Below are positions 18,468 to 28,144 of a stretch of 64,000 nucleotides of DNA, one piece after another (within the stretch, counting starts at the first letter, position 1; each line of letters begins with the position of its first letter). The stretch covers positions 132,878-196,877 of IMG/VR virus record IMGVR_UViG_3300030419_007641, one strand, 5' to 3'. The translations under genes were made by a program, and so were the position numbers. The notes under the pieces are model-generated. The model made no database searches and was not told the DNA's origin. It was given only the letters and a program-made list of their open reading frames with translations. The DNA comes from a virus.

Positions 18468-19241
18468 ATGAGTGTTGTAGTTCAATTTAACCCAGCTGGT
18501 AGAATGGGTAACAGAATGTTTCAGTATGCCGCGGGGTATATTTTAGCTACTAAAGGAAACAAAACACTCTATCACGACGGGTTGCCAAATTTTGGCATTT
18601 CACCTCATCAAGATAAAGTTGTTGCTACTCCACCAGTCATTGACGTTTATAGAAAATGGGGGGAAAATGATGCAGACATGGACCTTTTAATTAACCACCC
18701 GGGTACAATTATTATTAATTCCTTTCTGCAAAAAAGTAGGCACTTTATAAATTATAGAGATATGTTAAGAGAGGCATTTAGTATAAAACCTCGTGAAATT
18801 TTAAATAAAGAACACCTGGTTGTACATGTCCGTGAAACGGATTATAAAGAAATTAAATGTTTTTTAGGTTATGATTTTTATAAATCAATGATTAATAATT
18901 CTGGATTTACTAAAATTAAAATAGTAACAGATAATTCAGATTGTGAAACGGTTAAAAAATTAATTAGTGATGGGTGCGAATTAGTTAGTGAAGGGTATGT
19001 AGACAAATTTGAATTTCATAGTAATGAGAGATCAATAAATGACTTTAAAACTCTACTTTATAGTGAAAATATAGCTCTATCTCAATCATCTTTTTCTTGG
19101 TGGACTGCCTTTTTAGGTTACCATAAAAAAATTATTTTTCCCTTTTCCTCAAAAGTCAAAATGTGGCCCGTAAATCCAGGTCGCGACGATGTAGATCTAT
19201 ATTTTGATTTTAATGGCGAATCAACTAAGTACGTACTATAG
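18468..19241 (+). CDS. GT11 alpha-1,2-fucosyltransferase-like protein
   Basis: GRMGNRMFQYA, VHVRETDY and SSFSWW motifs. Confidence 0.85.
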   Translation: MSVVVQFNPAGRMGNRMFQYAAGYILATKGNKTLYHDGLPNFGISPHQDKVVATPPVIDVYRKWGENDADMDLLINHPGTIIINSFLQKSRHFINYRDMLREAFSIKPREILNKEHLVVHVRETDYKEIKCFLGYDFYKSMINNSGFTKIKIVTDNSDCETVKKLISDGCELVSEGYVDKFEFHSNERSINDFKTLLYSENIALSQSSFSWWTAFLGYHKKIIFPFSSKVKMWPVNPGRDDVDLYFDFNGESTKYVL

Positions 19242-19244
19242 TAA

Positions 19245-20093
19245 ATGTCAGATAAAACTAATTTTATTTTATTTCATAAGGGAAATAATCTCCCGCAACA
19301 TATAAAAGTTTGCGTAGATCAAATTAGAAAAACGCAGACCAACTACAATATATTTTTTTTAACTAATTTAAACGTAGATAGTAATAACGTCAATATAATT
19401 GATATTAGTAAGTATAGTATACCTTTAAATGAGATTACATACTATAGGGAACATCAAGATCCGTTATGGCGAACTGCTTTTGAACGACTTTTTTATATTA
19501 ATGAATTTATTAAAGATAGTAAATTAACTAATATAGTTCACTTTGATAATGATGTTTTGATATATAAAAATATTGCAGATATTTCTATACTGTTAAATGA
19601 TAATATACCTAATATAGGTTTAACACCACATAAAAAAGACGAATTAGTATGCGGATTTATGTTCATAAAAAATAGTAACTCACTAGAACAAGTGTGTGAA
19701 GAATTGTTAAATCTTGCTATACTCGGGGAAACCAAATTAGAAGAAATGCTTCAAAGTATGCCCCATGAAATGAGACTGCTAGGCCACTTGCAAAATAATA
19801 TACTAAAAGATAAAGTAATTACCTCTTTGCCTGTTTCCCCTATCGAACCAGGCAATAACTTGTTTAATATATTTCAAGGTGTTTTTGATCCTAGCTCATA
19901 TGGTCAATTTTTTGGTTTAGATAATACAATTCATCCTGATGGCGCCAATCGATTTATTGATAGGTATATTAATAAGGAGCTAGCTCCTGTATTTGATAAA
20001 TACGACCCCTATGTACTGTGGGATAATAAAAGAATACCTATTTTTAATTTACACATACACAATAAACATCTTGATCGGTATGCTAGCAGGTGA
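19245..20093 (+). CDS. Putative GT-A glycosyltransferase
   Basis: ERLFY, HFDNDV (DxD), FDPSSYGQ and NLHIH motifs. Confidence 0.55.
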   Translation: MSDKTNFILFHKGNNLPQHIKVCVDQIRKTQTNYNIFFLTNLNVDSNNVNIIDISKYSIPLNEITYYREHQDPLWRTAFERLFYINEFIKDSKLTNIVHFDNDVLIYKNIADISILLNDNIPNIGLTPHKKDELVCGFMFIKNSNSLEQVCEELLNLAILGETKLEEMLQSMPHEMRLLGHLQNNILKDKVITSLPVSPIEPGNNLFNIFQGVFDPSSYGQFFGLDNTIHPDGANRFIDRYINKELAPVFDKYDPYVLWDNKRIPIFNLHIHNKHLDRYASR

Positions 20094-20901
20094 ACAATTT
20101 CAGACATTATGCGATATAGGATTTTATACAGAAACTAATTGTATTATTGAAGATCAAAATAACGCGTTAAAGCAGAACATACATAAAATATCTAATGTAA
20201 GTACTGAAGATATTAAAAAATATAAAACAATTTTTATTTATACACATTTTGTGCATGACTTTATGCACAAGTTTTTAGACCATTTAGATAACGCTACTAT
20301 AGTAACGCACAACTCAGATCACAGTATAACTCATGAATATTTACAGTATCTTAACCACAGCAACATAAACAAATGGTTCTGTCAAAATAGGGAGACATCA
20401 CATCCAAAATTATTTTCAATACCTATTGGGATAGCTAACAGTCAATGGCCACATGGTAACCAATACATTCTTAAAAGTATACAAGAAAATAATACTACAA
20501 AAGCAAATTTAGTATATAAAAATTTTCAAGTAGATACTAATCATGGAGAGCGCACTATATGTAACCATATTACTACCAATAATGGTATATTAATGTGTAG
20601 TAATACATCGCAAGAAGAATATTGGAATAATATTAAAAAAAGTTTGTTTGTTATATCCCCGCCGGGTAATGGTATTGATTGCCATCGTATTTGGGAGTGT
20701 TTATATTTGCAGTCTGTACCGGTAGTAAAATACCACGAGTCATTTTCCCAATTTACACACCTACCTATTTTGTTTATTGATGATTGGAATAAAGTAACAG
20801 TAGAGTTCTTAAAGTCTAAAATTGAAGATTTTACAAATACTGACTTTAATATTCCCGATCTCACTTTAAAATATTGGAAAGATAAAATAATAAATGGTTA
20901 A
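20080..20901 (+). CDS. Exostosin (GT47)-like glycosyltransferase
   Basis: FVISPPGNGIDCHRIWECLY..VPVV motif. Confidence 0.75.
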   Translation: MLAGEQFQTLCDIGFYTETNCIIEDQNNALKQNIHKISNVSTEDIKKYKTIFIYTHFVHDFMHKFLDHLDNATIVTHNSDHSITHEYLQYLNHSNINKWFCQNRETSHPKLFSIPIGIANSQWPHGNQYILKSIQENNTTKANLVYKNFQVDTNHGERTICNHITTNNGILMCSNTSQEEYWNNIKKSLFVISPPGNGIDCHRIWECLYLQSVPVVKYHESFSQFTHLPILFIDDWNKVTVEFLKSKIEDFTNTDFNIPDLTLKYWKDKIING

Positions 20902-21925
20902 GAACATTCCTAGAGTTAGAAAAAAATTTAAAGCTGGTTATACATACCTTAATAGGAATATGATAATGGATTGTCACCCAGATCATATTTACCATAAGTT
21001 AATAAACACGTTTAAAGTTGAGGACCTACATCAATACCCAGATATGTTTCCGCCGTATGAGATTTTAAGCAAATATTTAAATGTTAGTGAAGATCAATTA
21101 TTATTAACCCGGGGGGTTGAAGGTTCAATTAAAACAATTTTTGAATCGTTAAATTTAAGTGGTGAATGTGTTGGGGTATTTGTACCCACATGTGCTATGT
21201 TTAAAGTATATGCTGATGTTTTTAATGTAAACTTTATACCTATTAAAGGACAAGCACCGGAATACAATATTAGTGTGCAGCAAGTTAAAAATGTAATACC
21301 AAAAATTAAAGTACTTTTTTTGACAAACCCAATGTCTCATTTAGAAAATTGTTTTTCTAATGAAGAGTTACAAGATCTAATTTATTTTTGTGAGAAGCAC
21401 AATGTTTTAGTTTTTTTAGATGAGGTATATACCGGGTGGGAAAATAAAAGTTATTTACCATTTTTAGAAAAACACGATAATCTTATTATATCCTCAAGCT
21501 TTTCTAAAATTGGATTTCCTTCAATAAAAACTGGCTGGCTAGCTTGTAATAAAAAATTAAAATGTCAACTTGAAGCTACGAGAGGAGCTTACGAACTAGA
21601 TTATTTCTCAAATAAAACTCTAGAATTTATTATTAATAACAAGGACTATTTTAAAGAACTAAAGAAAAATCTTTTAATCACAAAGAAAAAGTGGATTGAG
21701 TACTTCTCTGCTAATAGTAATTTTACTGTATATAATTCATCATTATATACTATAAGATTATACTCCGAAAATAAAGAGTTGGTCAAACATATATACGATA
21801 ATTTATATTCAAAAAAAATTGTAGTAAATGTACTCGATGAAACTAATTTACAATTCTCAGTATCTACAAATCAAGAAATAGAGAAATTGATTTTTAATGA
21901 AATTAAGGTAAATACTGACAAGTAA
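20894..21925 (+). CDS. PLP-dependent class I/II aminotransferase (HisC-like)
   Basis: TRGVEGSI, TNP, DEVY and SSFSKIG (PLP Lys) motifs. Confidence 0.85.
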   Translation: MVKNIPRVRKKFKAGYTYLNRNMIMDCHPDHIYHKLINTFKVEDLHQYPDMFPPYEILSKYLNVSEDQLLLTRGVEGSIKTIFESLNLSGECVGVFVPTCAMFKVYADVFNVNFIPIKGQAPEYNISVQQVKNVIPKIKVLFLTNPMSHLENCFSNEELQDLIYFCEKHNVLVFLDEVYTGWENKSYLPFLEKHDNLIISSSFSKIGFPSIKTGWLACNKKLKCQLEATRGAYELDYFSNKTLEFIINNKDYFKELKKNLLITKKKWIEYFSANSNFTVYNSSLYTIRLYSENKELVKHIYDNLYSKKIVVNVLDETNLQFSVSTNQEIEKLIFNEIKVNTDK

Positions 21926-22278
21926 TGAAGGCTGGAAAAATATGGGGGGAGACAGAATTACTCCACGCTAATGGTGTTTTAGAGTTTCATAGAATCCAAT
22001 TTAAAGAAAGGGCCCAATGCTCAAAGCATAAACATCAATTTAAATGGAATGGATTTTTTGTAGAATCTGGAGAACTATTAGTTCGTGTATGGTCAAGAGA
22101 GGATGAAATTGATGTTGATGTTGTAGATACTATTTTAAAGCCAGGAGACTTTATGCAAGTTAAGCCTGGACTGTATCATCAATTCGAAGGTATAAAAGCA
22201 GGTGTTGCCTTTGAATTATATTGGGCAGAGTTTAACCATGGTGATATAATAAGAGAAACTTTTGGAAAGGAAATTTAA
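21925..22278 (+). CDS. Cupin protein (mannose-6-phosphate isomerase type II-like)
   Basis: CSKHKH..KWNGF..ESG and PGLYHQF motifs. Confidence 0.75.
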   Translation: MKAGKIWGETELLHANGVLEFHRIQFKERAQCSKHKHQFKWNGFFVESGELLVRVWSREDEIDVDVVDTILKPGDFMQVKPGLYHQFEGIKAGVAFELYWAEFNHGDIIRETFGKEI

Positions 22279-22280
22279 AG

Positions 22281-23258
22281 ATGACTAATTATAATTGTGT
22301 TTTATGTGGCAGTAAAGAACTAGAGCTTATTAGCTCAGTACGGGATAATGCTAAAAAGAAAATATATAAATGTAGTAAGTGTGGTATGATTCAACTGCAT
22401 CCGCGAATTACCACAAACCCAGATAAAGATCAGCCAAGCATTGATAATCAGGATGCTAATAGAATAACAGCTCCAATAGATTTAGAGAATAATAAAAAAA
22501 TATACAAAGGTAAGCTAGTAGGACACCCGGACATCCTACAATTAGCACACGTTCTAGAAAATGATTATGATAGATTTTTAGATCATGTAGCTAAATATAT
22601 TACTAAGGACCAGCCTTTAAACCTGCTAGATGTGGGGACAGGGTACGGTCATTTTCCGCACCTAGTACGGCACGATTACCCTAACATTGAAACATATGGA
22701 CTAGATTGCAACTACAGCAAACTAATGTATGGTAAAGAAACCTGTAACTTAGATTTTAATTTTATTTTTGATAAAATCGAAAATAATAAGTTTATAGAAT
22801 CTTATAGGGGCACATTTGATATCATAACATCGTGGCACGTGCTAGAGCATGTATACTATCCTGTTCTATGGATAGAAAATATTATGCAATTACTAAAAGA
22901 TGGCGGTGTTTTATTATTAGAATTCCCTAATGAAGATGATGAATTACTACAACAATCACCGGAATATTCAAAACTTATTCATTTTGAGGATCATGTAAAT
23001 TACTTTAATAAAGATACTGTAACAAAATTACTCATTGACTGTGGTATATCAAATTCTAATTTTACTGTGACTGGTGTTCAAAGATATGGTTTTTACAATT
23101 ATATTGACTGGATAAGATATGGTACAAAGGATAAGGTTAATGGTGATGATTATAGAAATATAAATAACCTCCCTAGGAGTAAATATGAAAAATCGTGGAT
23201 AGAGGAAAGAGAAAAAAACCTAACTAGCGACACATTGCTAGTTACTATTAAAAAATAA
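22281..23258 (+). CDS. SAM-dependent methyltransferase with N-terminal Zn ribbon
   Basis: CVLC..CSKC, LLDVGTGYG, WHVLEH, EFPN and HVNYF motifs. Confidence 0.85.
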   Translation: MTNYNCVLCGSKELELISSVRDNAKKKIYKCSKCGMIQLHPRITTNPDKDQPSIDNQDANRITAPIDLENNKKIYKGKLVGHPDILQLAHVLENDYDRFLDHVAKYITKDQPLNLLDVGTGYGHFPHLVRHDYPNIETYGLDCNYSKLMYGKETCNLDFNFIFDKIENNKFIESYRGTFDIITSWHVLEHVYYPVLWIENIMQLLKDGGVLLLEFPNEDDELLQQSPEYSKLIHFEDHVNYFNKDTVTKLLIDCGISNSNFTVTGVQRYGFYNYIDWIRYGTKDKVNGDDYRNINNLPRSKYEKSWIEEREKNLTSDTLLVTIKK

Positions 23259-23262
23259 ACGT

Positions 23263-24210
23263 GTGGCAGAGCAAGAACATAAAAATAGTGGGTTTTTCTA
23301 TAAACCATCAGGGGTAGCTAATGAAGAAACTCGTAAATGGTTGCCTAGAGATTTTGACTCAAAACTAATTACACATAGTGTAAAAAGAAATATAGATAGA
23401 AAGCGAACTTCAATTGATCACGTACATATGGTCAACAATGTACCGTTGTTTAGCTGGGTGGAGCTAAATCTAAATGAGCTATGCAATCGTAAATGTGCAT
23501 TTTGTCCCCGGAGTGGAGATTACCCTAATCAAAATATTCATATGGACCCGGGTCTAGCTGCAGCTATCGCACTGCAATTAGACGAGTTAGATTTTTCCGG
23601 GACAGTTAACATTAGCGGTACCGGTGAACCTCTCTTAACAAGAAACCTTCTTGAGATTGTAAAGTGTTTCTGTGATAGGCAAATAAGCATTGAGATTGTA
23701 ACAAATGGAGATAAGTTAAAACCAGCACTTATAAAAGATTTATATTCAATAGGTCTTTCACAACTAGTTGTGAGTATGTATGATGGGCCGGAACAGATAG
23801 ATTATTTTAATAACCTGTTTAAAGAGTGTAAAATTGATAAGTCTAAATACACGCTTCGAGATCGCTGGTACAGTGAAGATGAAGACTTTGGTTTAATTTA
23901 TACCAACCGTACTGGCGCGCAAAAAGAACTTAAAAAGGCTGCAACTAGGCCTTGTTATTACCCGCACTATGCTTTGTATATAGATTGGAATGGAGATGTT
24001 TTACTTTGTTGTCAAGATATGTATAATCGAACAGTTAAGTTTGGAAATGTAGCAGAAAAACCTATCTTTGATATATGGAGGGATAAGCGGTTAAGTGATT
24101 TTAGAAATAAGCTTAAAAATGGTCAACGTTGTCTATCTCCTTGTACAAATTGTGACGCAAATGGAATGTTATTTGGAAAAAATCACGCAGCAAAATGGCA
24201 AACTATATAA
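23263..24210 (+). CDS. Radical SAM/SPASM enzyme
   Basis: CNRKCAFC, GTGEP and TNG motifs; SPASM CYYP..GDVLLCC..CTNC. Confidence 0.9.
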   Translation: MAEQEHKNSGFFYKPSGVANEETRKWLPRDFDSKLITHSVKRNIDRKRTSIDHVHMVNNVPLFSWVELNLNELCNRKCAFCPRSGDYPNQNIHMDPGLAAAIALQLDELDFSGTVNISGTGEPLLTRNLLEIVKCFCDRQISIEIVTNGDKLKPALIKDLYSIGLSQLVVSMYDGPEQIDYFNNLFKECKIDKSKYTLRDRWYSEDEDFGLIYTNRTGAQKELKKAATRPCYYPHYALYIDWNGDVLLCCQDMYNRTVKFGNVAEKPIFDIWRDKRLSDFRNKLKNGQRCLSPCTNCDANGMLFGKNHAAKWQTI

Positions 24211-24950
24211 AAAAATATATTAATAGACATAGAGGTAAGCGGGCAATAGTGTGTGGTACGGGCCCTTCATTAAATGATATAAATTTTAATTTATTATCAG
24301 ATGATATAATTATTTTTGCATGTAACCAATCAGTAACTGCTTTGGATAAATGCGATTACTTTTGTATAGCTGATAACGCAATAATTTGTATGGACTTTTT
24401 TGAACATGGCGCTGAAATAGCTAATGAAGTTATAGTTATGGGCCCATTCAATAATGCAGAGGACCTTATGAGTAACAATCATGATTCTAAACAAAGAAGT
24501 AAATTTGTGGAATTAATTAAAAATAAATCAAAATTTTTTCCTAGAGGTAGCATGCTACCTTTTAATAAAACCGGACCTATTCTAAAAGGGCCTCCAGGAG
24601 AAGATGTCGTTCACATAACTTCTCATTTTGCTTACCTTTTGGGGTGTAGGGAGATAATTTTAGCAGGGGTTGATCTTACAATAGATAACGGTATATACTG
24701 CGAGTCTACTATATATAAAGAAGAGGTGAGATGGGATGGGATAGCTCATTATAATAATAATGACTTATTAAGTAACTCCTTTAACGTGTGGCAGCAGATT
24801 AAAGAAAGTAGTAATGATGTGAAATTTCTAAACGCGTCGCCCCGTGGTAGATTAAATGAAATATTTGATTCAATACCAATCGAATCATTGTATACAGTTA
24901 ATCTGGATCACCAAAAAAAAGCCAATCCGACATTCCTTTATCGTCAATAA
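24195..24950 (+). CDS. Maf/DUF115-like (sialyltransferase-fold) transferase
   Basis: IVCGTGPSL, IFACN, LGCREIILAGVD and NAS motifs. Confidence 0.65.
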   Translation: MANYIKKYINRHRGKRAIVCGTGPSLNDINFNLLSDDIIIFACNQSVTALDKCDYFCIADNAIICMDFFEHGAEIANEVIVMGPFNNAEDLMSNNHDSKQRSKFVELIKNKSKFFPRGSMLPFNKTGPILKGPPGEDVVHITSHFAYLLGCREIILAGVDLTIDNGIYCESTIYKEEVRWDGIAHYNNNDLLSNSFNVWQQIKESSNDVKFLNASPRGRLNEIFDSIPIESLYTVNLDHQKKANPTFLYRQ

Positions 24951-25236
24951 ATTTGTCGGCTCCTGGCTTACCTAGGAACAGTTGATGGTATTTTACATTC
25001 CAAGAATCTAATTGCTTTTTGGTAAAGTCATACATTTCCTCATGAGCTTTAGCCTGATCATTATTAGTTCTACCCATGCCTCTAGCAGTCATAAAGAAAA
25101 TAGTATGACCCTGGTCATATAGCTCATTAACCTTTTCTATCCTTTTTGTATGCGGTGTACTTTTATCGTAAGGTCCTCCGTCGGGGCTATGACAAATAGT
25201 ATTGTCAATATCAAAGCAATAAGTTAATTTATCCAT
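24898..25236 (-). CDS. HAD-superfamily phosphatase (capsule-cluster type)
   Basis: FDIDNT, TAR, GKP and IDDK motifs. Confidence 0.85.
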   Translation of the reverse strand: MDKLTYCFDIDNTICHSPDGGPYDKSTPHTKRIEKVNELYDQGHTIFFMTARGMGRTNNDQAKAHEEMYDFTKKQLDSWNVKYHQLFLGKPGADKFIDDKGMSDWLFFGDPD

Positions 25237-25892
25237 TCTTTAAAGTCTGTTAAAAATTGATCTACTGATGACTGGGTACCAGGATGTGCTGTACCTTCCT
25301 TTATTACATTATAACCAGCAGTTACAATATCTGCCCCGCTAGCCCATGCATCCGTAATATCTTTAGGTGTGCGAATACTACCTGCGATAATTTTGCAATT
25401 TAGGTTATTACTCTTAATAAATTTAGAAGCATCATCCAGTGTACGAAATTCATCTTCACCACTGTCTTTTGCTCTATTATAAAAAAATGAGACATATCGG
25501 GCGCCAGCCGCAGCAGCTAAAGTTAATTGTGAGGTAGTAAAACAACATGTACAATTAACGCGCGCCCCGACCGCAGCAAGTTTATTAATAGTCTCTAATT
25601 CATTAAATCCAACAGGTATTTTTATGTTTAAATTGTGGTAACCTATATCCTCCTCTAAACGCAAAGCCTGTTGATAAATTTCATTTTGATCAGTGGCAAA
25701 CACCTCAACACTAAGCGGAATGTTATTATATTTTTGACAAATTTCTGCAATTTTTATCATATGATTTACGTAACTACCCCGGGGTTCCTTAGACATTAAG
25801 GATGGGTTTGTAGTTACACCAGAAATAACTCCACGCTTACAAGCTGAGGAAATTTCATCAAGATTAGCAGTATCAATAAAGAGTTGTCGCAT
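25224..25892 (-). CDS. talC: Transaldolase (TalC/FSA family)
   Basis: FIDTA, GVTTNPSL, IKIP, VNCT and IAGSIR motifs. Confidence 0.92.
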   Translation of the reverse strand: MRQLFIDTANLDEISSACKRGVISGVTTNPSLMSKEPRGSYVNHMIKIAEICQKYNNIPLSVEVFATDQNEIYQQALRLEEDIGYHNLNIKIPVGFNELETINKLAAVGARVNCTCCFTTSQLTLAAAAGARYVSFFYNRAKDSGEDEFRTLDDASKFIKSNNLNCKIIAGSIRTPKDITDAWASGADIVTAGYNVIKEGTAHPGTQSSVDQFLTDFKEWIN

Positions 25893-25922
25893 ATCTATAT
25901 AATAGATATTAACCGTAATTTA

Positions 25923-26336
25923 TCAACTATCTTCAGTAAACTTATAGGTTTTACCATCCTCTACAATGTGAGAATCACCGTCGTCATCTTTGTTAGACCA
26001 CTCAATAATAATAGTATCCTCGAGGGCTATTCTCATATGCATTAGTCCAGGAGGTATGTGGTATACGTCGTTTTCCTCTAGTGTAACAGATGTGTTTTCC
26101 GCGCGACCGATGCGATGACCGACTTTTAGCTTACCAGAAAAAATATAATAAAATTCATCTTTATTGCAGTGGTACTCCATGCTACTTTGACTGCCCTTTT
26201 TCATAAAAATCTTCTTAAGGGCGAAGTCATCATCAGCAAAAACAGAGGTAATATAACCCCAATACTTATCCTTATGTAAAACAGGCTTTTGTATAGGGGG
26301 GAGATGCTGGATTCCAAATTCGTTATCTTTTTTCAT
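25923..26336 (-). CDS. Cupin protein (sugar isomerase-like)
   Basis: KYWG, SMEYHCNKDE.Y and PPGLMH motifs. Confidence 0.75.
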   Translation of the reverse strand: MKKDNEFGIQHLPPIQKPVLHKDKYWGYITSVFADDDFALKKIFMKKGSQSSMEYHCNKDEFYYIFSGKLKVGHRIGRAENTSVTLEENDVYHIPPGLMHMRIALEDTIIIEWSNKDDDGDSHIVEDGKTYKFTEDS

Positions 26337-27219
26337 ATCGCTCTTTAAATAGATCAAAACTAGGTGGCGTAGCTCCTTTAGTTTCTGTAGCTAGGCCTGC
26401 CCATAAATTACATTTATATAATACTTTTTCTACATCATGACTCCAATCTTGTGTTGATAACATTGCAATAAAACTATCACCGGCGCCGCATGTATCGACA
26501 ACCTCGGTATCGATACCCTGAACATGTATATTGTTAAATTTGCTGCCCCTCTCACCCAGCGTTTCTACAACTTGAGACTCGAACCATAAGAAAGAATCTG
26601 ATAATACTTTTGCTTCATCTTCATTTAGTACGGTTAAGTCGCATCCATTAAATTTTGATAATTGTAGGGAATTTTTACTTTCCCAGTCTGAAAGTTGAGT
26701 GTTAGCAATACATGGAATTTGCTGCTTCTTACATATGTTTATGATACTTGTTGTAATATTTTTAGATAATACACCACATCTATAATCACTTAAAATAACA
26801 CACTCATATTCTGGCAGTATATTAGTTAATTGACTAATTACTTCTTGTTCTGTATCCGTAGAGAGGTTGCTATCATCTGTATAATTCATCTGCAAATACT
26901 TGTGTTGCACATGAGTTTTTTCAACATAGTATCGTTGTTTTGAAGAGGTTTGTTTGTTAGTGGAAATAGAATATACATTTACTTTTTGCGCTAAATCATT
27001 ATATACATCGATGTCGCTACATATAGTCATATAACCAACATCGCGCTGTAAAGCAACTAAGTTCATTACAACATTACCCGACCCACCAGGAGTTTTTTTA
27101 GTGCTTGTATGTTCGCATTTTATTGTGGGCGATTCTAGCGAAAGACCTACAGCTTGACCGGTAATATACTCGTCAATTATTAAGTCCCCTATTACAAATA
27201 TTTTTTTTCTGTTAAGCAT
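26323..27219 (-). CDS. hldE: PfkB-family kinase, HldE/RfaE heptose-7-phosphate kinase-like
   Basis: VIGDLIIDEY, PGGSGNV, LSDY, N..E and DTCGAGDSF motifs. Confidence 0.8.
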   Translation of the reverse strand: MLNRKKIFVIGDLIIDEYITGQAVGLSLESPTIKCEHTSTKKTPGGSGNVVMNLVALQRDVGYMTICSDIDVYNDLAQKVNVYSISTNKQTSSKQRYYVEKTHVQHKYLQMNYTDDSNLSTDTEQEVISQLTNILPEYECVILSDYRCGVLSKNITTSIINICKKQQIPCIANTQLSDWESKNSLQLSKFNGCDLTVLNEDEAKVLSDSFLWFESQVVETLGERGSKFNNIHVQGIDTEVVDTCGAGDSFIAMLSTQDWSHDVEKVLYKCNLWAGLATETKGATPPSFDLFKERYEKR

Positions 27220-28072
27220 ATTGTTTAATTTTTTCTACGACTCTTGTTGTAGAATAAATATCCTGATCAAGTAATGACGCAACTTTTACATCGATATGAT
27301 TAGGAATATTATCTCGTTTACGAATTTCTGCTGCAGTAAATTCACCACCCTTAACAACAATATCTGGGTTAATATTACTAATAATATTTGTCGTGTTAGG
27401 TTCGTCGAAGATCACAACTTCATCGACAAGAGATATGTATGATAGTATTTTTTTACGATCATGCTGATTGTTTATAGGTCTCTGCGGGCCTTTAATTTTT
27501 TTAGTTGACTCGTCGGAGTTAATACCGACTACTAGTTTATCCCCTAAACTTTTTGCAAACTTTAATGTTTCTAAATGACCCGCGTGTAGTATATCAAATA
27601 CACCGTTAGTAAATACTATTGATTGTGGCTTGTGCCCTGAAATTTTTTCTACTCTTTTTACATGGCGACCTTCACCAAATTGGGTGCCGAGCCATTCGTT
27701 TAAAATTAATTTTGATGCCTTGGGCGTAGTTATCCAACTACCTAGACATAATATATTTGAATCATTGTGCTCTCTACATTTAGGAGCACTATCCAAATTA
27801 TGAATTAAAGAAGCTCTTACATTTTTAAATCGATTAGCAGCAATACTCATTCCTACTCCAGTACCACAAATTAAAATACCTCGTTCTATATCACCCCTAT
27901 CGATAATGTTTCCCATTTGATAAGCATAGTCAACATAATCTACGGACTCTTTAGTATACGGGCCAAGATCAATAGCATTAATTTTTTTTTGCCTTAAACA
28001 ATTATAAATAAAGTCTTTAAGATCAATGCCATTATGATCTGAGGCTATAGCGATTGATGTATCTAAATGCAT
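27212..28072 (-). CDS. Fusion of RpiB/LacAB isomerase and HldE-type heptose-1-phosphate adenylyltransferase
   Basis: N-half ASDHNG, DY.D, CGTGVGMSIAANR, HNDSN, GRH..RV; C-half FTNGVFDILHAGH, VGINSD, KG..RPIN, VKGG, STT. Confidence 0.88.
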   Translation of the reverse strand: MHLDTSIAIASDHNGIDLKDFIYNCLRQKKINAIDLGPYTKESVDYVDYAYQMGNIIDRGDIERGILICGTGVGMSIAANRFKNVRASLIHNLDSAPKCREHNDSNILCLGSWITTPKASKLILNEWLGTQFGEGRHVKRVEKISGHKPQSIVFTNGVFDILHAGHLETLKFAKSLGDKLVVGINSDESTKKIKGPQRPINNQHDRKKILSYISLVDEVVIFDEPNTTNIISNINPDIVVKGGEFTAAEIRKRDNIPNHIDVKVASLLDQDIYSTTRVVEKIKQYA

Positions 28073-28144
28073 CGTTTATTAGTATACTGACTAACCTAAA
28101 AAAGTCAACTATTGACTTCAGCTCAACTGCATTTAAATACTATT

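Noticed and set aside
25224-25892. talC as evidence of a cyanobacterial host
   Set aside because: It sits inside a sugar-nucleotide operon, and no photosynthesis genes (psbA, hli, cp12) are in the window
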